NCBI GenBank assembly: GCA_000388065.2
Contig: KB932205.1
Reading direction: 5' to 3' (one strand)
DNA length: 15,354 nt
Origin: Fonticula alba ATCC 38817
Taxonomy: Eukaryota; Protista; Nucleariida
The notes under the pieces were generated by a model. That model was given only the letters and a program-made list of their open reading frames with translations. It was not told where the DNA came from and made no database searches. Position numbers and translations under genes: made by a program. Of the stretch, positions 8,401 to 15,354 are shown one piece after another. How positions within the stretch are numbered: the stretch's first letter is position 1; each line of letters starts with the position of its first letter.

Positions 8401-8856
8401 NNNNNNNNNNNNNNNNNNNNNNNNNNNNNNNNNNNNNNNNNNNNNNNNAGCACCGACCGGTCGTCGGTCCTCGTCAACACCCTGCCCGAGCTGAATGCCA
8501 TGACCGTGCGGTACGCGGCGCCGGAGGTGATCGGCGCCTTCCAGCGGGGCATTTCGCTGGACCGGGCGGCCTTCCTGCCGGCGGACATCTTCAGCGCGGC
8601 GGTGATGTTGCTGGAGTGCCTCACGCGCGCGGTCCCCTGGCCGGACCTGGACATGCAGGGGATTGTATCCGCCGTGAAGGCCGGCCAGCGTCCAGACACC
8701 GGAGCCCTCCCCACGAGCGGTGCCTTTTCCAATGCCGGTGATTTGGTGGCCGCCGCCTGGCAGGCTGACGCTGGTCGGCGGCCGCTTGCCGCGTCCTTCC
8801 GCCAGCAATGTGTCATCTACTATGTGGCGGCCGGCGGCCTGTCCGAGTCACCGTAG
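2301..8856 (+). CDS. Gene B: giant single-pass receptor-like TKL protein kinase with furin-like Cys-rich repeats, join(2301..3693,3890..8856), about 2119 aa including 63 gap codons
   Basis: ATG 2301 opens a signal-peptide-like N-terminus. Exon 1 (ORF 2094..3764 frame) splices in frame to ORF 3220..8856 through a GT-AG intron, giving ...GFYPDEAVS-TRPCAPCPPGC.... It then shows CxxxCxxC repeats, a 26-aa hydrophobic helix followed by RRR, and kinase motifs LGAGTQASVY, VAVK, TVRYAAPE, DIFS and WQAD..RRP. Stop is TAG 8854-8856. Third codon positions are strongly G/C. Confidence 0.9.
3694..3889 (+). other. Spliceosomal intron of gene B (196 bp, phase 1)
   Basis: Donor GTGCGT at 3694. Branch-like TGCTGAC 3759-3765 and GGCTGAC 3792-3798, the latter followed by a pyrimidine tract. 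Acceptor TTCCAG ends at 3889 and is the only AG in the intron. Splicing restores the frame and removes the exon-1-frame stop at 3762-3764. Confidence 0.9.
5347..7887 (+). repeat. Furin-like Cys-rich repeat stalk of gene B (17 full + 1 partial CxxxCxxC units)
   Basis: Units begin CDPLCREC, CHATCTVC, CDSTCAEC, CVPGCGLC, CHPTCAFC, CAESCALC, CPAGCASC, CDVTCLTC, CDRACATC, CHPSCQAC, CGDHCASC, CHGLCRAC, CNGTCAAC, CPASCDTC, CPGGCAAC, CQASCKTC, CPDGCQRC and partial CHGTC. Confidence 0.9.
7921..7998 (+). other. Transmembrane helix of gene B
   Basis: LGLAIGLSVGLLLLLILLILLVLFCV followed by RRR (positive-inside rule, type I topology). Confidence 0.92.
8122..8800 (+). other. Cytoplasmic protein kinase domain of gene B (TKL-like, Ser/Thr-type signature, catalytic core hidden in the gap)
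   Basis: Subdomain I LGAGTQASVY, II VVAVK (K codon 8236), VIII MTVRYAAPE, IX ADIFSAAVMLLE, XI WQADAGRRP. HRD and DFG are not visible. Confidence 0.88.
8260..8448. other. Assembly gap (189 N)
   Basis: Run of N inside the kinase domain. The reading frame is the same on both sides. Confidence 1.
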
Positions 8857-9732
8857 GCCACCGCCAGGGGGATGCCCCCCGGGGCCTCCTCCTCCCGATA
8901 ATACACCCATCCTCCCCATCCACCCCCCTGTCAAGACGCCCTTCCTGCCGGCAATGCCTCGGTGCCTTTCTCCGCCGGCGGCTGGGGCCGGGATCCGCCG
9001 ACAGGACAGAGCCGGTCCGGGGAGGCGCGGCGTGGTCTTGGCCGCACAAGAAGCCGGTCCAGCGCCGGGAGCCCCCCGCCCCCTCTTGGCGATCGTGCAC
9101 CTGGGCCACGGGCCAGCACACCACCAAGCCGCGGGTCAGCCCGCGCGCGCACCAGACTCCCGAAGTGGGCGCCCAGACCAGATCCCCCGGCCCGACCCAT
9201 TGCCCGGTCTTCCGCTCGCCCGCCCGTTCGGCCCTTTCCCCTCTGTCCGGCCCGATCGCGAGAGACAGAACAAGGTCCTCGCGAAGGGCCGGGCCGAGAC
9301 CCATCTCCACCGAATCAAGCACCAGCGCAATCGGCATTTCCGCCCCGTGCCATGCCTTCGGGCCCGAGAGGAGAGCCGGCCACCACCGGCATGCTGGGGA
9401 TTTCGGCACCCATGGATGACACATGCCAAACCGACCACCGTCAGGCGAGTCGCCGGCGCCCGGCGCCGACCCTGCCCTCCCCCGTCGGGGCGCGCGGTCC
9501 CTGCGCCGAGGCCAACACACCGACGCCGAGCCGCGGCGGGCCCCGGCGTGCTCCCAGCCCCGCCACGGCCGCCGACGCACGCCCGCCTGCCAGGGCCGCC
9601 GCCCTCGCGGACCCGCAACCACGGCCCACCAGGCTTGCACTGTGGGCAGTCGGGCAGGAGGCGCCCGGCAGGCAGGCAGGATGCGCTGACCGGCGATCCG
9701 GCCCGGCCGGGCCCGAAACGCCCGCGTCGGTT

Positions 9733-9751
9733 GTTTGTTTGTTTGTTTGTT
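9733..9751. repeat. (GTTT)4-5 microsatellite
   Basis: gtttgtttgtttgtttgtt. Confidence 0.9.
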
Positions 9752-10079
9752 ATTGAGTTTTCCCAAACGATGAGGCGAGGTACCAACGCTCGCCCGCGCC
9801 GGGCGGGTGAAGTGTTTCAACGGTCCCCGCGCGCCCTGGGCGTTGCGTGCCTGCAGAGAGTTCCCTCGGCTGGAGGGGCCCATGTCCCGGCTCTGCCTGG
9901 CCGTGTGTCGGCTCGGTCGTCCATCAGGGCCTTCGCGCGGGGCGCCTCGAGCCCCCTGCCTCGGCCGGAACAACACCCCCAGGCCGGGAGGGGGCGTGTT
10001 TCAGGGGACCACACAATGCGGGTTGGGCTTCGGGCTGCTGGGAATAAACCCGACCCCCCTAGTTGGATGGCTTTCCTCC

Positions 10080-10114
10080 CACACACACACACACACACAC
10101 ACGCGCGCGCACAT
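10080..10114. repeat. (AC)11(GC)4 alternating purine-pyrimidine tract
   Basis: cacacacacacacacacacacacgcgcgcgcacat, 35 bp of unbroken alternation. Confidence 0.95.
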
Positions 10115-10183
10115 CCCCCCTCGCGCACATCCCCCCTCGCCCATACCCCTCCTCGCCCACCCCCCCTCGCCCACCCCTCCTCG
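10111..10183. repeat. Degenerate C-rich tandem repeat (5 units of about 14-16 bp ending CCTCG(C))
   Basis: ACATCCCCCCTCGC-GC-ACATCCCCCCTCGC-CC-ATACCCCTCCTCGC-CC-ACCCCCCCTCGC-CC-ACCCCTCCTCG. Confidence 0.85.
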
Positions 10184-10246
10184 GGGACCCGCTCTTCCAT
10201 CGCCCCGCCAACTGCCCGTGTCTCGTGTGCAAGCCCGGCTGCCGGG

Positions 10247-10360
10247 ATGAGACGATCGACGGCCGGCGCGCGACTTCGGGCCCGCCCGGGCCCCCTGCTG
10301 CCCTGGCTGCTGGCGGCGCTGCTGGCGGCGCTTGTGCATCTGGCGGCCCCGGCCCCCGGG
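10247..10360 (+). other. Predicted signal peptide of gene C
   Basis: Arg-rich n-region, GPLLP-WL, hydrophobic LLAALLAALVHL, then AAPAPG. Mirrors gene B. The cleavage site is approximate. Confidence 0.75.
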
Positions 10361-13300
10361 CCGGACTTCTTCCTGCACATGTGCCCGCGCCAGAGCCTCC
10401 CGTCGGGCAATGTGCTCGGGGTGTTTGCCGAGCCCACCGGCACCTCGATGGTGGCGACGCTGTCGGACCAGGCCGCGGTGCACATCTTTCCCCAGCTCCA
10501 GCAGGCCAATGCGCCGGCCGGCCAGTCGGGCCTGGACGGGTGGACCGACGCCCTACGCTTCGGGGCCGTCTTCTCCACCGCACACGAAGCAAGCCTGGCC
10601 TGCGCCCGGCCGACGGAGCTGGACACCGGCTCCCAGATGATGATCCTGCCAGTGCATGGCCAGCAGGCGCCGCTGATTGTCGAGCACACCCCATTGCAGG
10701 TGGCCCTGATGGACGACAATCGGGTGCTCACCCTCCCCGCCCCGGCCACCGAGCTGCTGGCCGGGCTGGCCATCGACCGGGACACGGCGCTGCTGCTGGG
10801 GCTGGTAGGCGCCCGGGACGCGCCCACCCGGTCCATCAGCCTCTTCCTGCTGCAGCGGGGCGCATCTGCCCTCTTGCCGGTGTCGGTGGATGTGGGCCCG
10901 GTCGGCAACCCGGTGCTGGTGGCCCCGATGGCGGCCACGGCTCGCGGGTTCCATGTGCACGCCGGCCACAACCTCCACCGGATCGTGTACAATAGCGGCA
11001 GCAGCCGGGCCGGCGTCACAACCCAAAGCCACCCGGGCATTCGGCAGCTGGCGGCCACGCGCCTGCTGTCCGATGGGCCGCCCGCCTCCGATTGGCCCGA
11101 CAGCGGGGACTTGGTGTTGGTCCTGTCAACCGGCCTGGTGGAGGTGATGCCCTGCCGTGAGCTGCCGTGCCCCGAGTCGAGCCGGATTCTGCTGGATCTC
11201 CTTCCCGGCGGCTCCGGCTCCTCCGGGTGCTTCCTCAATCCCGGCGTCGAAGCCATGGGCCGGGCACTTTCGCTGCTGTACTATCTGGAACTGCCGGAGC
11301 CGCCGCGGCCGCCGGTGCTCTGGCGCATGGATGCCCTGGCCAAGCCCAAGGTCTGGAATCGCGCGGTGCTTCCGCCGGGCGTCCGCGACCTGGACCGCGC
11401 GCAGCTGGTGCTCCTTGACGCCGGGCCGGCCACCACCCGCTGGGGGCTGCTGGCCGGCGGCCGGATCTACTTGGAGTCCGGCGACATGGCATGCCATGTG
11501 GACAGCAGCATCAGGTGCGACGGCTCGGCCGGGGCCACCGGATCGCCATTGGGCTGGTCCTGCGCCCCGGGCCGGGCCGAGTCGCCCTTCGCAAGGGACG
11601 GCAGCCTGTGTGATGGCTGTGCGCAAGGCTGGTACCAGGACCGCGGTGACGGTGCGTTTGGCGGCCCCTGATGCCGGGGGCCGGACGGCCTCCCCCGCCC
11701 CGGCCTCCTTCCCGTGCCCGCCACGCGCCATGCTGAGGATGCTAACAATGCGCTCGTGGCCTGATGCCGAACGACGTGGGCCCTGCCGCGGGTATGTTGG
11801 TTCGGTGCGCTTGCCTGTGCCCGTGCCTCGGCCTGTCCTTCGCCGGGGCCACGGTCCATGTGTCTTGGGGGGCGGGGGGGACTTGGGCCGCACGCTGTCC
11901 GGCGACCGGGCGCCGCTGCCTCGCGGTATGCCGGCCGGTGCGCGGGCTTCCGCATGGCGACCTGCGACGCGCGGCTGCCGGACCGACCGCCGGCCCAATC
12001 CAGAGGACGCCCCGTGCAAGGCCTGCAGCCCGGGATGCCGGGTGTGCGATGCCGGCAACTGCCTGGTATGTGAGGACGACCGCCGGCTGGAGGGCTCCGG
12101 CGCCGGGGGGAGCACCATCTGCGTGGCTCAATGCTCGGAAGGCCATGTGCTGCTGGCCGGCGTGTGTCAGCCGGCTGGGCAGGCGCGCCCGAGCAGCCGC
12201 CTGGCCCTGCCGGCCGTGCACCCGCTGCCGGACGTCCACCCGACCACCCCGATCGGCGAGGTGGTGGCCATCGGCGAGACGCACCTGGCCCTGCTGCCGA
12301 TCACCCGGGAGGTGGGCCTCCCGGCCGGGGTCCTGGCCAGCCCCCTGGGCCCGCGGGCGGGCGTCCTGCTGGCCATGTCCACCGGCCAGATGCTGCTGGA
12401 ACCGGGGTCCAACATCGGCCAGCCCGCCGAGGCCCAGACCCCCCCGACGCCGGTGCCGCACTTTGCCGACCACAAGGTGGAGCACGCCATGTCCTTCGCC
12501 GAGGTGGGCCCGCTGCCGTGGCCCGACCGGCCGGCCGGCACCCTGGGGCTGGGCTACCTGATGTGCGACACTTCCGGGGTCCTGTGGCAGCTGCCCTTCC
12601 GGTGTGAGGTGAGCTCCGACAGGGGCGATGCCGGCTGCACGAGCCTCACACGGTCCAGCCAGCCGACCAGCATGGGACCCTGCCGGGGCGTGCGGCTGGC
12701 CGGGGCCCGGCAGGTGGCCGCCATCGACCAGCAGGGCTGGGTGACTCTGTTCACGCTGCTGCTGCCGGCCGGCTTCCAGGAAGTGGCCCCGGCCAGGCCC
12801 TTTGGCATTGGCCTGCCCCCGGGCTCGCGGCCCCTCATGGCGGTCCCCGTGCCGGAGTGGCTGCTTCTCGGCGGGACAGACGCCACGCCGGGGGGGACCG
12901 CCTCGCCGGGGTCCCTCTTCGCCGGGGACCGCCGCCTGACGGCCCTGGCCGATCGGGCTCTGGCCGACCCGGGCGCCTGGAGCCAGGCGGTCCTTCTGCC
13001 CTCGGGCAGGCTCGCCAGCGCCCGGCGCGTGGACTTGGCCCTGTCGCTGGTCCGGCCATCCGGCGAATGGGAAGCCGCCCTGCTCCCGGGCGACATGGTC
13101 CCCCATGGCCGGACCATTGACCTGGCCCTCACCCGCCAGGCGATCGGCCAAGTCCCCGGGGCCCCCATCGACCCGAGCGCCACCATGGTCCTGGGCACGG
13201 CACTGGCCGGGTGGCCGGGCTACCCGGCCGGGCTGCTGCTGCTGGCCGACCACCTTGTCGGCCTGGCGCCGCTCGATTGCTCGGCCACCGGGCCGGCCCC

Positions 13301-15354
13301 GTGTGTCTTCCTGCCGGCCTCCTTCGCCGAGCTGGCCCCCGGGCTTCGGGGGCTCGGCCGCCGGGGGGCGGTGCGCCGGCCCGTCGGCCCGAATGGCCCG
13401 CCGGGACTGGTCCTCTCTCTGTGGGCCATGACCGATGACCACGTGGCGCCCGTGCGCTTGGACATTTTCTCCACCTGCCCGCCCGGGACCTTCGGCGTGG
13501 AGTGCCAGCCCTGCGACGCCATTTGCCAGGCATGCCACGGCCCGGGGCCCGCCGACTGCACCGTCTGCCGGGCCTGGCTTGCCGGCCAGCCGGAGACCTG
13601 TCTGGCCGAATGCCCTCCCGGGCAGTACCCCGATCTGCTCACCGGCCAATGTGGCTGCCATGCCGAGTGCAAGCAGTGCCAGGCCCAGGCGTCTGGCGAA
13701 TACCAGTGTGTTGCCTGCCACCCGGGGCAGGCCCTCGCCCCGGGGGACAGCCGCCCCGACCGATGCCATGCCTGCCACGACACATGCGCCGAGTGTGCGG
13801 TCCCCGGCGACCCGGCCACCTGCACCGCCTGCGGCCCGGCGCGCTTCCTGCATGCCGGCATCTGCCATACGGAATGCCCTTCGGGCCTCTGGGCCGACGC
13901 CCGAGCCGGCCAGTGCATCCCCTGCCCGGGTGGCTGCGCGTCCTGCTCCTCGGCCGACATGTGCTCCGCCTGCCAGCCGGGCCACTTCCTGCCCCCCGGC
14001 TCGGGCACATGCCTGCCCTGCGACGGCTCGTGCGGCACCTGTGCCGAGGCCGGCGCCTGCGCCACCTGCCGGCCGGGGCTGGTGTTCCTGCAGCCCGACC
14101 CGCAGGTGGCCTCCCTGTGCGCGAGCACCTGCCCCCCGGGCGAGTATGTCGGGCCCAACCGATGCACCGAGTGCCAAACCTCCTCGCCCTGTGCGTCGGT
14201 GCAGCCGACCGGTGCCAGGTGTGCGGCCCGGGACACCGGTGGGCTGGGACCCCGCCGGCAGCCGGCGCCACGGGCCAGTGTGTCCCCTGTGATCCGGGTT
14301 GCGCCTCGTGCACGGCCGACCGGTGCCTGGCCTGCGAGCCGGGGCTCTTCCTCGACTCACACGGTGACTGCGTGAGCACCTGCCCGGATGGGACCTTCGC
14401 CGACGCCGAGTCGTGCCAGCCGTGCGACCTGAGTTGCGCCACCTGCGTCGGGGGCGGCGCCGACCAGTGCGCCAGCTGCGCGGCCGGGCTGGACTTCGTG
14501 CCGGCCAGCGCCTCGGCCGGCACATGCGTGTCGGGCTGCCCGGAGGGCCAGCACCGGGACCGTGTCTCCGGCGACTGCTTGCCATGCGACGCGGCGTGCG
14601 CCACGTGCAACGGCCCCTCGGACAAGGACTGCTGGCGCTGCGCCAGCGGCGTGCTGCAGGACGGCGACTGCGTGCAGCACTGCGCCGCGAAGCATGTGGC
14701 CCTGGCCGGGCGGTGCCTGCCCTGCCATGTGTCCTGCGACCAGTGCGTGGGTGTTCGGCTGACCGAGTGCCAAGCTTGCCCGGGGGATCTGCTGGCCCTG
14801 CCGGCCGGCGAGTCGCCGATGCGCTGCGTGCCGGCCTGCCCGGTGGGCTACAATGCCTCGGGCGCCGGGTGCGCCAAGTGCGGCGACCACTGTGCCAGCT
14901 GCCCCGGCCAGCCGGACGCCTGCGCCCTGTGCGACCGGGGCTGGCTGCTGGACGCCCCGCTGTGCGTGGCCTCCTGCCCGGACGGGTCTTCGCCCCAGGG
15001 CGGCTTGTGCGCCACCTGCCATGGGACCTGCGCCACCTGCTACGGTCCGGGCTCCCAGCATTGTCTCAGCTGTCGGCCGCGCTGGCCCCTGCAAGTGGAC
15101 GGGGCCTGCTTTGCCGTGTGCCCCCGGGGGACATTCCAGACCGGCCAGACTTGCCTCCCCTGCAACGCCACCTGCACCGCCTGCAAAGGCCCCGCCGCCG
15201 ACCAATGCGAGAGCTGCCCGGCCGACCGGTTCCATCTGAACGGGACCTGCATGCTGGAGTGTCCGGGCGGGTTCTTTGCCGACGAGGGCGCCTGCCGCCC
15301 CTGCCAGGCCACCTGCCTGACGTGCGACTCGCCGAGCATGTGCACCTCCTGTGC
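10247..15354 (+). CDS. Gene C: paralogous giant furin-repeat receptor-like protein, 3'-truncated by the window edge, join(10247..11651,12004..>15354) with an apparent frameshift at 14184/14185
   Basis: ATG 10247 begins signal peptide MRRSTAGARLRARPGPLLPWLLAALLAALVHLAAPAPG. Exon 1 (ORF 8720..11671 frame) splices in frame to ORF 11157..14375, giving ...GWYQDRGDE-DAPCKACSPGC.... After 14185 the homologous Cys repeats continue in another frame (from 14186: ALCVGAADRCQVC...CDSPSMCTSC), open to the window end. Colinear with gene B throughout. TM and kinase are inferred to lie beyond the window. Confidence 0.88.
11652..12003 (+). other. Spliceosomal intron of gene C (352 bp, phase 1)
   Basis: Donor GTGCGT at 11652, branch consensus TGCTAAC at 11740-11746, acceptor ATCCAG ending at 12003. 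Same protein position and phase as the gene B intron, and splicing restores the frame. Confidence 0.9.
13476..15354 (+). repeat. Furin-like Cys-rich repeat stalk of gene C (13 full units plus the start of unit 14)
   Basis: Units begin CDAICQAC, CHAECKQC, CHDTCAEC, CPGGCASC, CDGSCGTC, CQTS[C]ALC, CDPGCASC, CDLSCATC, CDAACATC, CHVSCDQC, CGDHCASC, CHGTCATC, CNATCTAC, CQATCLTC. Confidence 0.9.
14184..14185 (+). pseudogene. Apparent 1-nt deletion (TGC to TC) causing a frameshift in gene C: either a disabling mutation or an assembly error
   Basis: Sequence TCC TC GCC CTG TGC where the repeat pattern and gene B (ESCALC) require TCC TGC GCC CTG TGC. The uncorrected frame stops at 14373-14375. Confidence 0.5.

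Noticed and set aside
8720-10246. 509-codon open extension upstream of the gene C start (ORF 8720..11671), which could suggest a B-C fusion or a huge N-terminal extension
   Set aside because: The translation is low-complexity P/R/G/A and runs through microsatellites. It overlaps gene B's end in another frame. M10247 begins a signal peptide paralogous to gene B's. A similarly long spurious ORF (398..1960) shows such lengths arise by chance at this GC content.
175-10246. tRNA, rRNA or transposon remnants in the two intergenic regions
   Set aside because: I found no cloverleaf, terminal inverted repeats with target duplication, or transposase/RT motifs by eye. A tRNAscan/Infernal/RepeatMasker run would be needed to exclude them formally.
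14184-14200. A micro-intron as the explanation for the gene C frame change
   Set aside because: Alignment with gene B is colinear, with exactly one nucleotide missing and no extra sequence to splice out.
2508-15345. Many long minus-strand and alternate-frame ORFs (e.g. 2508..4484, 5341..6927, 6993..8816, 11742..14585)
   Set aside because: They are shadows of the GC3-biased + strand genes (antisense HAGQ/QAPP patterns mirror the Cys codons) and show no independent motifs.

Overview
This is GC-rich eukaryotic DNA holding a head-to-tail tandem array of three paralogous giant single-pass receptor-like kinase genes, all on the + strand. Gene A (1-174) is only the C-terminal tail of a kinase domain. 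Gene B (2301-8856) is complete apart from a 189-N gap. It has one intron (3694-3889) and encodes about 2119 aa: signal peptide, ~370-aa Cys-poor domain, Cys-rich linker, ~430-aa Cys-poor domain, 17 full plus 1 partial furin-like Cys-rich repeats, a TM helix and a TKL-type kinase. Gene C (10247 to the window end) has the same architecture and an intron at the same position (11652-12003). It also has an apparent 1-nt deletion at 14184/14185 that shifts the frame inside repeat 6. The intergenic regions contain microsatellites, homopolymers and alternating purine-pyrimidine tracts. The architecture and composition resemble the expanded TKL receptor-kinase family I recall from the aggregative amoeba Fonticula alba, but that assignment is unverified inference. 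Most other ORFs in the track are shadow ORFs caused by high GC content.
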